Source of the DNA: Candidatus Moraniibacteriota bacterium
Lineage (GTDB): Bacteria; Patescibacteriota; Minisyncoccia; Moranbacterales; GWC2-37-73
Direction: 5' to 3'
DNA length: 64,000 bases
NCBI GenBank assembly: GCA_035390125.1
Contig: DAOOTD010000002.1
Coordinates: 105,908 to 169,907 of the forward strand
Shown here piece by piece: positions 27,653 through 38,355 of the stretch. Every line of letters begins with the position of its first letter. Position 1 is the first letter of the stretch. A model generated the notes under the pieces. That model was given only the letters and a program-made list of their open reading frames with translations. It had not been told where the DNA came from and did not search any database. The position numbers and the translations under genes were made by a program.

Positions 27653-29659
27653 ATGTCAGTAGAAATCTATGCGATTATCGCAGCAATGCTTTCGATCATT
27701 TTTGCTCTTTATCTCAGCTGGTTAGTCGACAAAATGCCGGCCGGAGAAGGAAAAATGGTTGATATAGCAAATGCCATCAAGGAAGGAGCAAAGGCATTCC
27801 TTAACCGCCAGTATAAAACTGTAGCCTATGTGGCAATTGTTGTAGCTGTAGCCCTTTATTATTTTCTGGATTTCAATACCAGTCTCGGTTTCTTGATTGG
27901 AGCTGCTGCTTCAGCTTTAGCTGGATATATAGGCATGAATGTTTCAGTTAAAGGCAATGTCAGGACAACGGAGGCAGCTAAAACGGGACTAAAAAAAGCA
28001 TTGGATGTAGCTTTTAAAGCTGGATCAGTAACTGGTCTTCTGGTTATTGGTTTGGGACTTCTTGTGGTAGCTGGTTTTTATTGGTTTACGAATGGAGATA
28101 TAAAAGCTTTGGTTGGAGTTGGTTTTGGAGGCAGTTTAATCAGCGTGTTTGCGCGGCTTGGAGGAGGTATTTTTACCAAAGCAGCCGATGTCGGAGCTGA
28201 TCTTGTTGGAAAAGTAGAAGCTGGCATTCCTGAAGATGATCCTCGCAATCCTGCAGTTATTGCTGACAATGTTGGTGATAATGTAGGTGACTGTGCCGGA
28301 ATGGCAGCTGACCTTTTTGAAACATATGCAGTTACGGCTATTGCGGCAATGATTCTTGGGTCGTTAACTTTCACAGCATTTGGCGGCGCCGTAGTTTTTC
28401 CTTTAGCGATAGGAGCTGTTTCTATCATAGCTTCAGTTTTAGGCGTATACTTCGTTCGTCTTAGTGATAAGGATAAAGATAATGGAGAAAAAATAATGGG
28501 AGCATTGTATAAAGGCTTGATAGCTTCTTCTGTTTTTGCACTTGTTGGCTTTTATCCAGTAACAAAATATTTAATGGAAGGAAGTGGAACGGATTTTATA
28601 AGTGTTTATTTAACTGCCGTAATCGGAATTTTGGTAACAGCTGGCATGGTTGTCATAACTGAATACTACACTTCAAAAAGCTATCGTCCGGTGAAGGAAA
28701 TAGCCAAGGCTTCAAAATCCGGACATGGAACTAATGTTATTATGGGTTTAGCTATGGGTATGGAATCAACGGCTATGCCAATAATAGTTATTGTAGCTGG
28801 TATTATGGCTTCTTTCTGGCTAGCTGGACTTTACGGAGTGGCAATTGCTGCTATGAGCATGCTTTCTATGGCAGGAATTATTGTAGCTATAGATTCTTTT
28901 GGTCCTGTAACTGACAATGCAGGTGGTATTGCTGAAATGTCAGAGCTTGGTCCTGAAATCAGGAAAGTTACTGATGCTCTTGATTCAGTTGGTAACACAA
29001 CAAAGGCTGTCACTAAAGGATACGCCATTGCTTCAGCTGGGCTGGCTGCTGTAGTACTCTTTGCTTCCTATTCGCAAGAACTTATTGAGAAAGGTGCAAA
29101 AATAACTTTCGGGCTTGATAATGTTAATGTTTTAGCAGGGCTATTGATTGGCGGTATGATACCTTATTTATTTTCCTCTATCAGCATGCGCGCAGTTTCA
29201 AAAGCTGCCGGCTCTGTAGTAGAAGAAGTCCGCAGGCAGTTCCGTGAAATCAAAGGGATCATGGAAGGGACAGCTAAACCTGATTATGCCAGCAGCGTTG
29301 ATATTGTGACTAAAGCAGCCTTGAAAGAAATGGTTATACCGGCAATTCTTCCGGTGGTTGCTCCAATAATAGTAGGTTTTATTCTTGGTCCGGAAGCCCT
29401 CGGAGGTTTATTGGTAGGCTCAATAGTTACAGGAGTTTTTCTGGCTATTTCTATGACTTCTGGCGGGGGTGCTTGGGATAATGCCAAAAAATTCATTGAA
29501 GATGGGGAATATGGTGGCAAAGGATCATTTGCCCATCAAGCTGCAGTGACCGGAGACACTGTCGGAGATCCATACAAAGATACAGCTGGTCCTGCCATCA
29601 ATCCGATGATTAAGATCATGAACATCGTCGCCTTGCTAATTGCTGGATTTATTATCTAA
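27653..29659 (+). CDS. hppA: Membrane-bound H+/Na+-translocating pyrophosphatase
   Basis: 668 aa polytopic protein; signature GGG(I)[16 protein letters not shown] and [19 protein letters not shown] motifs. Confidence 0.9.
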   Translation: MSVEIYAIIAAMLSIIFALYLSWLVDKMPAGEGKMVDIANAIKEGAKAFLNRQYKTVAYVAIVVAVALYYFLDFNTSLGFLIGAAASALAGYIGMNVSVKGNVRTTEAAKTGLKKALDVAFKAGSVTGLLVIGLGLLVVAGFYWFTNGDIKALVGVGFGGSLISVFARLGGGIFTKAADVGADLVGKVEAGIPEDDPRNPAVIADNVGDNVGDCAGMAADLFETYAVTAIAAMILGSLTFTAFGGAVVFPLAIGAVSIIASVLGVYFVRLSDKDKDNGEKIMGALYKGLIASSVFALVGFYPVTKYLMEGSGTDFISVYLTAVIGILVTAGMVVITEYYTSKSYRPVKEIAKASKSGHGTNVIMGLAMGMESTAMPIIVIVAGIMASFWLAGLYGVAIAAMSMLSMAGIIVAIDSFGPVTDNAGGIAEMSELGPEIRKVTDALDSVGNTTKAVTKGYAIASAGLAAVVLFASYSQELIEKGAKITFGLDNVNVLAGLLIGGMIPYLFSSISMRAVSKAAGSVVEEVRRQFREIKGIMEGTAKPDYASSVDIVTKAALKEMVIPAILPVVAPIIVGFILGPEALGGLLVGSIVTGVFLAISMTSGGGAWDNAKKFIEDGEYGGKGSFAHQAAVTGDTVGDPYKDTAGPAINPMIKIMNIVALLIAGFII

Positions 29660-29757
29660 AATTTTAATGCGGAGGTTATTTTTTGTTTTTCTTTTTTCTA
29701 GTTTTTTTATTATGAAATTGCAAAAAATAATTTTTTCCCAATTGTTAATATAATATT

Positions 29758-31053
29758 ATGCCTATAACATCAGAAATTAAAAAACTTCCCGATTCTCAAA
29801 ATGAAATCAGGGTCCATGTTCCATGGGATGAATGGAAAAAATATATTGATATGGCGACTGCGGATTTTTCCAAAGAAATAAAAATAGAGGGATTCCGCAA
29901 CGGGAAAGCTCCACGTGATATAGTTGAAAAAAAAGTTGGCAGAGGCGCATTACTTGAAGCTGCTGCCCAACGTGCGATTCAAGAAACGTATCCGAAAGTC
30001 GTAAAAGAAAAAAAGGTTGATGCAATTGGAAAACCGCAGGCTGAAATTTTAAAATTAGCTGAAGAAAATGAATTAGAATACAAGATTATCTGCACAGTTA
30101 TTCCTGAAGTTAAAATGAAACCATGGAAAAGTTCAATTGAAAAAATAAATAAGAAATATGCCGAGAAAAAAGCTGATGTTTCAGAGGATGAAATAAACAA
30201 AGAAATCGATAATATTGCCAAAAGCCGCGTGCAACACATAAAAGTAGAGCGTGAAGCGAAGGACGGAGATAATGTTATTTTAGATTTTCAAATCAAGAAA
30301 GAAGGAGTTCCAATTGAAAACGGTTCTAGTAAAAATCATCCGCTAATTCTTGGAAGAGGGGTTTTCATTCCTGGATTCGAAGAGCAGATAGTAGGTATGA
30401 AAGTTGGGGAAACAAAAGATTTTGAACTTAATTTTCCCAAAGATTATCACGAGAAAAATTTGGCTGGCAGTCCCGCTCAGTTTACGGTGACGGTAAATGA
30501 AGTTCAGGAAAGAAAATATCCTGAATTGTCAGATGAATTTGCTAAGTCATTGGGAAAATTTAAAGATCTGGCAGATATGCGGAAAAGTGTGGCTGAAGGG
30601 ATGAAAGAAGAAAAGCAACATGAACTTAAAAATAAACACCGTGCTGAAATTATAGATATCCTGATAGAATTTGCTGAAGTTGATCTTCCGAATTTGCTTG
30701 TGCATGAAGAACTGCATAAAATGATCAATGAGTTCGACATGCAACTTCAAGGTATGGGCATGTCTTTTGACCAATATTTACAGCAAATAGGAAAAAAAAT
30801 TGAAGAATTAGAGCATGAATGGGAGCCCCAGGCGATTAAGCGCGTGAAAGCCGCATTAGCTCTTGAAGAAATAATTAAAGAAAAAGAAATTAAAGTTGCC
30901 AGTGAAGAAATAGAAGCTGAAATGAATAAAACTCTGGCGCAGTATAAGAAAATTAAAGATGTGGAAAAGAATATTGATTTGGGAAAATTGTATAACTATA
31001 TCAAGGGAATGATGCAAAATGAAAAGGTTTTAGAAATGTTGGAAAAAATATAA
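29758..31053 (+). CDS. tig: Trigger factor
   Basis: 431 aa; N-terminal ribosome-binding domain, central FKBP-type PPIase region (…GFEEQIVGMKVGETKDFELNFP…), immediately upstream of clpP. Confidence 0.85.
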   Translation: MPITSEIKKLPDSQNEIRVHVPWDEWKKYIDMATADFSKEIKIEGFRNGKAPRDIVEKKVGRGALLEAAAQRAIQETYPKVVKEKKVDAIGKPQAEILKLAEENELEYKIICTVIPEVKMKPWKSSIEKINKKYAEKKADVSEDEINKEIDNIAKSRVQHIKVEREAKDGDNVILDFQIKKEGVPIENGSSKNHPLILGRGVFIPGFEEQIVGMKVGETKDFELNFPKDYHEKNLAGSPAQFTVTVNEVQERKYPELSDEFAKSLGKFKDLADMRKSVAEGMKEEKQHELKNKHRAEIIDILIEFAEVDLPNLLVHEELHKMINEFDMQLQGMGMSFDQYLQQIGKKIEELEHEWEPQAIKRVKAALALEEIIKEKEIKVASEEIEAEMNKTLAQYKKIKDVEKNIDLGKLYNYIKGMMQNEKVLEMLEKI

Positions 31054-31107
31054 AATCTTTTTATTTTTTTGTCTTTTGGAATTTATAATTAATAAGGAAC
31101 AATAATT

Positions 31108-31692
31108 ATGAAAAGCCAGTATCTTATCCCCACCGTAATTGAAAAAACTAATTACGGAGAAAGAGTTTATGATATTTATTCCCGTTTGCTTAAGGACAGG
31201 ATAATTTTTTTGGGAACTGCCATTGATGATAATGTTGCGAATTCTGTAATTGCTCAACTTCTCTTTCTTGACCAGCAAAATCCCAAGGAAGATATAAAGC
31301 TATACATAAACTCCCCAGGAGGAATTGTAAGCAGTGCGTTGGCAATTTATGATACTATGCAATATGTCCGTTCTGACGTACAGACAATATGCATTGGAAC
31401 AGCAGCTTCGGCTGCATCCATGCTTCTAGCGGCAGGAAAAAAAGGAAAGCGTTTTATTTTGCCAAATGCTGAAGTTATGATTCACCAAATAATGGGGGGA
31501 GCTCAAGGGCAAGCCTCAGATATTGATATTCATGCCAAACATATTCTTAAAATGAAAAGTTTACTGAATCAGATTTTGGCAAAACATACTGGACAGAAAA
31601 TTGCTAAAGTTGAAGAAGATACTGACCGCGACTATTTTATGAATGCTAAAGAAGCAAAGGAATATGGGATTGTAGATAAGGTGATATCATAA
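31108..31692 (+). CDS. clpP: ATP-dependent Clp protease proteolytic subunit
   Basis: 194 aa; catalytic Ser (TAASAASML), His (MIHQ) and Asp triad context; canonical tig-clpP arrangement. Confidence 0.95.
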   Translation: MKSQYLIPTVIEKTNYGERVYDIYSRLLKDRIIFLGTAIDDNVANSVIAQLLFLDQQNPKEDIKLYINSPGGIVSSALAIYDTMQYVRSDVQTICIGTAASAASMLLAAGKKGKRFILPNAEVMIHQIMGGAQGQASDIDIHAKHILKMKSLLNQILAKHTGQKIAKVEEDTDRDYFMNAKEAKEYGIVDKVIS

Positions 31693-31717
31693 AAATTATT
31701 GTTTTTCATGAATATAA

Positions 31718-31743
31718 AAATCTCCCATGCGGGAGATTTTTTT
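31718..31743. terminator. Bidirectional Rho-independent terminator between clpP(+) and gpmI(-)
   Basis: AATCTCCC-atgc-GGGAGATT hairpin with A-run upstream and T-run downstream. Confidence 0.6.
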
Positions 31744-31762
31744 AGCACAATTTTTTTAAGTA

Positions 31763-33334
31763 CTATTTTAATATTGACAATAGGCTTTCTCCATTCATTT
31801 CAGGTGGTTTCTCGATATTTAAAATTTCAAGAATAGTAGGTGCAATATCACTAAGAAGTCCACCAACTTCACTTTGTTGGCGCGCTATTTCTTCTGGGCT
31901 TTTTGAGCGATGATTATTGGCTGTTATAAACCATAAAGGGACGGGGTTAGTAGAGTGTTCTGTGTCAACCTGTCCTGTATGGGAATTTTTAATTTCTTCG
32001 ATATTCCCATGGTCAGCTGTTATAAGCAAACATCCTCCATTTTTCAGAACTTCCGGGATTAAACGTGAAAGATTTTCATCTATAGTTTGGACAGCAACCA
32101 TACAAGCTTTCTCATTTCCGGTGTGTCCGACCATGTCAGCGTTGGCATAATTTATAAGCATAAAATCGTATGTATTTTTTTTGATTGCATCTATCACTTT
32201 TTCAGTTATAATTGCAGCACTCATTTCTGGGGCTTCATCAAATTTTGAAACTGCGGGAGACGGTACAAGTATTCTGTCTTCACCTGGCCATGGTTCCTCC
32301 TTTCCTCCATTAAAAAAATATGTAACATGTGCATATTTCTCTGTCTCAGCGATCCTGAGTTGCTTAAGTTTGTTTTTGCTAAGTATTTCCCCGAGGCCTT
32401 TTTCAAGCACTATTGGAGGAAAAGCTATTTCTACCGGAAGATCTGCTTCATATTCTACCATAGTCACAAAATCTATTTTTAACATTTCGCGTTTAAAATT
32501 CTCAAAACCCGGAAGTACAAATGCTTTAGTCAGTTCCCGGGCACGATCTTCGCGAAAATTAAAAAATATAATTGCATCACCATCATTTACTGTAGTTATT
32601 GGTTTTCCATTTTCAATAACTATTGCGGGTTCTATATATTCATCGCTAATTTCTTTAGCGTAAGAATCTTCTAAATAGCTTGTAGGATCAGAAATTTGAA
32701 CACCCTTGCCTTCTGTTATTAATCGATAGGCTTTTTCAACTCTATCCCAATTGTTATTCCTATCCATTGACCAATTTCTTCCACAAAGTGAAGCAATTTT
32801 ACCTATACCTAGCGATTTTATATGATCCTGTATGTCTTTTATTGTTTTCACTCCTGAAGTGGGCGGAGAATCCCGTCCATCAGTAAAGGCGTGGATAAAA
32901 ACCTTGTTATTAAGCTCTTTTTCTTTTGCCATTTCTAAAATAGCAAAGAGATGGTCTAGATAGGAATGAACACTCCCTTGTCCTACAAGTCCCATTATAT
33001 GAAGATTGGAATCATTGTTTTTAACTGATTCCATGGCTTTTAATAATGTAGGATTAGAAAAAAAAGATCTATTTTGCACAGAAAGAGTTATGCGTGGCAG
33101 ATTCTGATAAACAATTTTTCCTGCACCCAAGGTTATGTGTCCGACCTCACTATTTCCGCACTCTCCCCAAAAAAGTCCAGCAGAAATGCCTGATGCTTGG
33201 AGAGTCGTTGTTGGATAATTATTGTTAAGTTTTTCTATAGTAGGGAGTGTTGTTTCCTTTAGGACGTTTCCTTTGGTATTATTACTTATTCCCCATCCGT
33301 CAAGAACGACAAGTACAACTGGTTTCATTGACAT
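31763..33334 (-). CDS. gpmI: 2,3-bisphosphoglycerate-independent phosphoglycerate mutase
   Basis: 523 aa; N-terminal …KPVVLVVLDGWG, metal-binding Asp/His/Ser motifs of the iPGM alkaline-phosphatase superfamily (…ITADHGN…). Confidence 0.9.
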   Translation of the reverse strand: MSMKPVVLVVLDGWGISNNTKGNVLKETTLPTIEKLNNNYPTTTLQASGISAGLFWGECGNSEVGHITLGAGKIVYQNLPRITLSVQNRSFFSNPTLLKAMESVKNNDSNLHIMGLVGQGSVHSYLDHLFAILEMAKEKELNNKVFIHAFTDGRDSPPTSGVKTIKDIQDHIKSLGIGKIASLCGRNWSMDRNNNWDRVEKAYRLITEGKGVQISDPTSYLEDSYAKEISDEYIEPAIVIENGKPITTVNDGDAIIFFNFREDRARELTKAFVLPGFENFKREMLKIDFVTMVEYEADLPVEIAFPPIVLEKGLGEILSKNKLKQLRIAETEKYAHVTYFFNGGKEEPWPGEDRILVPSPAVSKFDEAPEMSAAIITEKVIDAIKKNTYDFMLINYANADMVGHTGNEKACMVAVQTIDENLSRLIPEVLKNGGCLLITADHGNIEEIKNSHTGQVDTEHSTNPVPLWFITANNHRSKSPEEIARQQSEVGGLLSDIAPTILEILNIEKPPEMNGESLLSILK

Positions 33335-33700
33335 ATATTGATTACCAAAATTAAATATTTAATATTTTTTTACATTACTTATAATAGCATTTATAGAATT
33401 TTTTGACAAAAAGTTTATTTTGCGTTAGCATGGTAAAGCATATGGACGCCTTTGCGTCAAAATATATGCGTATCAATCAACTGAATAGTAACGCACTTGT
33501 TGATTGTTAGTTTCTATAATATATAAAAACTTGAACGGCTCGAAATGATTTATAACACAGAATAGACATTAAAGCACGATTTTGCACTATCATGAAGTCT
33601 ATTTTTACTTCAGAAACAAAAAAAACTTGCATTCAGTCGTAAAGCGCATAGCGCTTGCTTTAACTTTGTGTTGCAATTCATTCGTGTCGAATGAAAACTT

Positions 33701-35224
33701 ATGGGAATATCAATATTATTTGCAATTGTCGGCGTAGTAGCCGGTAGTCTTATTGGTTATGTGGGAAGACAGATTATCGCGCGCAAACGTCTAGATACTG
33801 TTGAAGGAAAAATTGAAAAAATGGTCGAAGAAGCTGAGAAAAAATCGCAGGAAACTGTTTTAAATGCCAAAAATAAAGCAGTTGAAATTCTTGAAGAGGC
33901 TAAAAAACAGGAAAAAGAACGTGAAGATCAAATATTAAGAACTGAACAAAGACTGGAAAAACGTGAAACCATAATTGATCAGAAAACCGATGAGATAGAA
34001 AAAAATCATAAAATGCTTGAACAGAAAGTTGAAGAAGTAAGAAAAATAAAACAAGAAGCAGAAGATGCAAGAAAAAAAGAGCTTGATAGGCTTGAAAAGA
34101 TAGCCGGTCTTTCCAAAGAGCAAGCTAAAGCGATACTGCTTCAACTTACAGAAGAGGAAAATCGTGAAGTAATTGCCCAGCGTATTGCAAAAATAGAAAA
34201 AGAAGGGCAAGAAGACATAGAAAAAAGAGCCAAAACTCTAATGACAAGTATTATTCAGAAATATGCCGGATCTCATTCTGCAGAAGTAGTAACTACAACT
34301 GTTTCTATACCTTCAGATGAGGTTAAGGGGAGAATAATTGGAAGAGAGGGGCGCAATATTAAAGCTCTTGAAAAACTTACAGGAGTCGAAATAATTGTTG
34401 ATGATACTCCTGAGGCTGTAGTTATTTCCGGATTTGATCCTGTAAGAAGAGAAATTGCGCGTATAGCCTTGGAAAAACTTATCAATGATGGGCGTATTCA
34501 TCCTACTAGAATTGAGGAAGCTGTAGATTATGCTAAGGAAGAAATTGATACCAAGGTTAAAGAAGCAGGAGAAGCTGCCACTTATGACTTAGGTATAGCT
34601 GGGCTTGATCCAAAAATTGTTAACCTTATTGGTCGCTTAAGATACAGAACAAGTTTTGGACAAAACGTTCTCCTTCATTCATTGGAAGTTGCACATCTTT
34701 CTGGAGCATTAGCTGCAGAACTGGGGGCTGATGTTGCTGTTGCAAAAAAAGCAGGTCTCTTGCACGATATAGGCAAAGCTGTTGATCACGAAATACAGGG
34801 AACCCATGTTGAGATTGGCATAAAAATAATGGAAAAATTTAATATGCCTAAGGAAGTTATTGATGCGGTAAAATCACACCATGAAGATTATCCTTTTGAA
34901 ACTCCAGAATCTTTTATTATTGCTGCAGCTGATGCGATTTCTGCCAGTAGGCCAGGAGCCAGAAAAGATACTTTAGAAAAATATCTTAAAAGACTGGAAG
35001 AACTAGAGTCAACTGCAAATTCATTTGCCGGTGTTGAAAAAACATATGCAATTCAAGCGGGGAGAGAAATAAGGGTTTTTGTTAAACCTGAAGAAATCGA
35101 TGATCTCGGTGCATTAAAATTAGCCAGAGAAATTGCTGATAAAATTGAGCAGGATCTTAAATATCCCGGAGAAATAAAAGTAAACGTACTTAGAGAGACA
35201 AGGAGCGTAGAGTATGCTAGATAG
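33701..35224 (+). CDS. rny: Ribonuclease Y
   Basis: 507 aa; N-terminal TM anchor, long coiled-coil (K/E-rich), KH domain (…GRIIGREGRNIKALEKLTGVEIIV…), HD domain (…LHSLEVAHL…HDIGKA…). Confidence 0.9.
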   Translation: MGISILFAIVGVVAGSLIGYVGRQIIARKRLDTVEGKIEKMVEEAEKKSQETVLNAKNKAVEILEEAKKQEKEREDQILRTEQRLEKRETIIDQKTDEIEKNHKMLEQKVEEVRKIKQEAEDARKKELDRLEKIAGLSKEQAKAILLQLTEEENREVIAQRIAKIEKEGQEDIEKRAKTLMTSIIQKYAGSHSAEVVTTTVSIPSDEVKGRIIGREGRNIKALEKLTGVEIIVDDTPEAVVISGFDPVRREIARIALEKLINDGRIHPTRIEEAVDYAKEEIDTKVKEAGEAATYDLGIAGLDPKIVNLIGRLRYRTSFGQNVLLHSLEVAHLSGALAAELGADVAVAKKAGLLHDIGKAVDHEIQGTHVEIGIKIMEKFNMPKEVIDAVKSHHEDYPFETPESFIIAAADAISASRPGARKDTLEKYLKRLEELESTANSFAGVEKTYAIQAGREIRVFVKPEEIDDLGALKLAREIADKIEQDLKYPGEIKVNVLRETRSVEYAR

Positions 35225-35272
35225 AAATTTATAATCTAGAATCCGCTTTTTTGTAATGTGTATAACATTATT

Positions 35273-35302
35273 TGCTTTATTTGCGGGATAAATAGTATAA
35301 TA
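35273..35302 (+). promoter_or_regulatory. Candidate promoter for hup: TTGCTT, 18 nt, TATAAT
   Basis: Perfect TATAAT at 35297-35302 with TTGCTT 18 nt upstream, about 110 nt before the hup start. Confidence 0.35.
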
Positions 35303-35411
35303 ATGTAAGCTGAATAACCAATAAATAAAATAAACCCTGTTAAATATCTAATGGATTAGTGACTATGCAGTATAATTTAATAAGGGTAAAAATAGAAAGG
35401 ATGGTGATAAT

Positions 35412-35693
35412 ATGGCAAATATAAACAAAGATGCTCTTATAGACTCAATTGCGGCTAAAACTGACCTTTCAAAAAAGGCAGTAGAAAGCTTTTTAGAAGC
35501 TCTTGAAGAAAAAATCACCAACGAAATCCGCCAGGGAAACAAGGTAACTTTGACAGGATTCGGAACTTTCCGCGTTTCTAAGCGAGCTGCCCGTGAAGGA
35601 ATCAATCCTCAGACAAAAGAAAAAATACAAATTCCAGCCATGACAGTTCCTAAATTCACTGCCGGTAAATCTCTTAAAGAAGCTGTTAAATAA
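35412..35693 (+). CDS. hup: HU-family nucleoid DNA-binding protein
   Basis: 93 aa; …GFGTFRVSKRAAREGINPQTKEKIQIPA… arm region typical of HU/IHF. Confidence 0.9.
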   Translation: MANINKDALIDSIAAKTDLSKKAVESFLEALEEKITNEIRQGNKVTLTGFGTFRVSKRAAREGINPQTKEKIQIPAMTVPKFTAGKSLKEAVK

Positions 35694-35730
35694 ATCTGTC
35701 TTTTTTAAATGTAAATTCAAAAGATGGAAA

Positions 35731-35760
35731 TAAAATCCCCTTATGGGGATTTTATTGTAA
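35731..35760 (+). terminator. Rho-independent terminator after hup
   Basis: AAAATCCCC-tta-GGGGATTTT perfect 9-bp hairpin then ATTGTAAAAAAA. Confidence 0.6.
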
Positions 35761-35882
35761 AAAAATGCGACTATTGCCAAAAGATAATTATTATGTTAAT
35801 AATGTAAGAAGTTTTGTAATTAATAATTTTTGTAAATTTCGCCCTCCTAATGCTCTCAGGATGCGAAATTTCATAAACTGAA

Positions 35883-36155
35883 GTGCCAATCAAAAAATCA
35901 GCCAAAAAATACATGCGCGTAACTGAAAGAAAGACACTCAAAAACAGGAAAATTAAAGGTGTCCTAAAAAATGCTGTGAAACAAACCAAAGAATATCTTT
36001 CAGCGGGAAAAATAGATGAGGCGCAAGCATCTCTTAAGGTTGCAATCAAGGCCATCGATAAAGCTGCGCAAAAAAAGGTAATTAAAAAAAACACAGCCGC
36101 CAGAAAGAAATCCAGACTTAATGCCTTAGTTAAAAAAGTCGCTCTCAAAAAATAA
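35883..36155 (+). CDS. rpsT: 30S ribosomal protein S20
   Basis: 90 aa, GTG start; (M)PIKKSAKKYMRVTERK… matches the S20 N-terminus (ANIKSAKKRA…); basic, helical. Confidence 0.8.
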   Translation: MPIKKSAKKYMRVTERKTLKNRKIKGVLKNAVKQTKEYLSAGKIDEAQASLKVAIKAIDKAAQKKVIKKNTAARKKSRLNALVKKVALKK

Positions 36156-36173
36156 TCTTCAAAATATTAAAAA

Positions 36174-36200
36174 CATCCCGATTAAGTGGGATGTTTTTAA
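36174..36200. terminator. Bidirectional terminator between rpsT(+) and holA(-)
   Basis: ACATCCC-gattaagt-GGGATGT hairpin followed by TTTT. Confidence 0.55.
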
Positions 36201-36262
36201 ATTTCTCTGTCAAATCGTGACACCTCTATTTAATCAGGAGAGAAGAATAAAGAAGAAAACTT

Positions 36263-37228
36263 TTACAGGGAAACAATAAAAATATCTAAAGCTAGAACAG
36301 GGTCAATTTTTCCGATTTTGGCGTCCTGATCTATTTGAGCAAGGTCACAAAATATTTGTTTAGCTTTTTTTTCACCTAAAACCTTGGCTTGTGGAAGTGT
36401 TTTTCGGACAACATAAGGGTGAAGTTTAGAGGTCTTGGCTATATCATAAGTATTGGAGATCCCTTGCCACAAAAAATCGCCAATTTTCAAAATAGTTCTC
36501 AGTTGGTAGGCGTACATAGAAAGAATATAAAAAATATCCTCCCCTTTTTCCAATTGTTCATGCAGGAGTGCTAAGGCACGATTCTTATCTCCACTGCAAA
36601 GCGCTTCAATTGTTTCAAATATAGTTGAATCAATTTTGGATTTTACCAAAAGCTCGATATCTTCTTCTTTTATAATTCCGCTGCCCTTATAATTTATAAG
36701 TTTTGTAATCTCATTGCTTAAAACATACAAATCATTTCCAGTAGCGGCTAAAAGCATATTAAGAGCATTTCTGGAAAAAGAAACATCAGAGGATATTTTT
36801 TTGGCGTAAGCCAATACCCAGTTTGCGAGATGTGCTCCGTCATAGGGAGAGAATTCCTGACTTTTAGCATGGGCAGATAAGAATTTAAACAAGGAACTAT
36901 TTTTCTTCGGGCTGTCTTTCTCAAAAAAAACAATTATCGCATCATTATCATTTTCTAATTCATCTCGTGATTTTAAAAATTCTAAAACATCTTTTTGTTT
37001 CTCAATTGATCCGCTGAGCAAAATATTTTTAACTATTATTAATTGCTTAGTGGAAAAAAGTCCCTGTGCCGACAGGATATCAGATAAGTTTTTAATTGCA
37101 GAAGCATTGTCATAGTCAAGAACGCTCAGGTCAGTACCTGAGCTGTTCTTTTCCAGATATTTATTTTTAAGGGCGCTTAATTTTTCTAATGAACGGAAAG
37201 TATCAGCGCCGTATAGAAAAATAAACAT
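36263..37228 (-). CDS. holA: DNA polymerase III delta subunit
   Basis: Starts MFIFLYGADTF…, the typical HolA N-terminus. Size and helical C-terminal domain fit. ORF-track start 37249 is a GTG; the ATG at 37228 is preferred. Confidence 0.65.
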   Translation of the reverse strand: MFIFLYGADTFRSLEKLSALKNKYLEKNSSGTDLSVLDYDNASAIKNLSDILSAQGLFSTKQLIIVKNILLSGSIEKQKDVLEFLKSRDELENDNDAIIVFFEKDSPKKNSSLFKFLSAHAKSQEFSPYDGAHLANWVLAYAKKISSDVSFSRNALNMLLAATGNDLYVLSNEITKLINYKGSGIIKEEDIELLVKSKIDSTIFETIEALCSGDKNRALALLHEQLEKGEDIFYILSMYAYQLRTILKIGDFLWQGISNTYDIAKTSKLHPYVVRKTLPQAKVLGEKKAKQIFCDLAQIDQDAKIGKIDPVLALDIFIVSL

Positions 37229-37230
37229 AT

Positions 37231-38334
37231 TTACGCAGAAGGAGTCCACCTTAATGATTGTCCCGGGTCTATAATGTTAACCCAAATTTGTCCGGGAACG
37301 AATCTTATTTCTTGTCCTGATTCATCATAAAACATGAGTTTGCTTTCAACTTTGCTTCTATCTTTTTTCCAAGTGCCTTTGTATTGTTGGCCGTTCATGT
37401 AGTAGAAAGCAGAGCCTGAATCAATAGTGTCAAACCATGGGTCTCCAACTTGAACATTAACATATTGTTCTCCAACCTTGATTGGAGCAGCATCGGCGAT
37501 CATAACTACCACGTTTTTTGGTGCAATTCTTTCTTTAGTGTTGCGATCAGTATCAGCCACATCTCCCCAGGTTCTAAGATATGAATTGCTGGCTTTGTCA
37601 TAATCATATTCAACATCATAAGGTTTAGCGTAGGCAACCCTAAGATTGCCGCCATTTGGTCTTTGGTCTAAAGCAATCTCTGTTTGGTGCGGATATCCTA
37701 CAAATTTATTCTCTGTGCTATATCCAAAAGATTTAGCTCCAACTAAAATTTCCGAAAATTTTGCATAGCCGGAATCAACTCCTCTTTCCATTCCTTCTTT
37801 TCTGAAGCAGTATTGTCCTGCTGATTTTCCGGCATCATTATTGCAATTCATGTTATCAATAATTCCATTATTAAGCACATCCCTGAATTGCTCTATATCA
37901 GCTCTTCCCCAATGCACATAAATTGAATCTAGGCTTTTAGCGATATGCACAAAATCGTGTCTTGCACTCCTGAGAGAGCCAACTTCTTCCGGTAAAGTGC
38001 ATCCATATACTCCCATGAGACGCGTGATACTGCCATAAACAGCTTGCATTTCGATCACCATATCAGCTTGTGACAGTCCGGCTAGAGGACGGGCAGGAAC
38101 GTCAGCTGGTTGCATTACAGCAAATGTCCTTTTATTCCAGTTATCGCAGCCAATCCCTGTGATGGGACTGACATCGCCTTGATTTGATGGCTCGGTGGAT
38201 TCGGGAACATTGGTTATTTGGATTTGTTTACCTTTTTTGCTTCTTAACATTTGCCGACCCTTAGCAAAATAAAAAACTCCGCCAACGATAATTGCGGCAA
38301 TAAGCACTATAATGGCTATTTGTTTCCTGTCCAT
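37231..38334 (-). CDS. DUF3048-like secreted/anchored protein (YerB-like)
   Basis: 367 aa; N-terminal TM anchor; …ARPLAGLSQADMVIEMQ… and W/Y-rich C-terminal half resemble the DUF3048 family. Stop abuts the holA start. Confidence 0.4.
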   Translation of the reverse strand: MDRKQIAIIVLIAAIIVGGVFYFAKGRQMLRSKKGKQIQITNVPESTEPSNQGDVSPITGIGCDNWNKRTFAVMQPADVPARPLAGLSQADMVIEMQAVYGSITRLMGVYGCTLPEEVGSLRSARHDFVHIAKSLDSIYVHWGRADIEQFRDVLNNGIIDNMNCNNDAGKSAGQYCFRKEGMERGVDSGYAKFSEILVGAKSFGYSTENKFVGYPHQTEIALDQRPNGGNLRVAYAKPYDVEYDYDKASNSYLRTWGDVADTDRNTKERIAPKNVVVMIADAAPIKVGEQYVNVQVGDPWFDTIDSGSAFYYMNGQQYKGTWKKDRSKVESKLMFYDESGQEIRFVPGQIWVNIIDPGQSLRWTPSA

Positions 38335-38355
38335 TTTATTTTTTTTGTTAAATTA

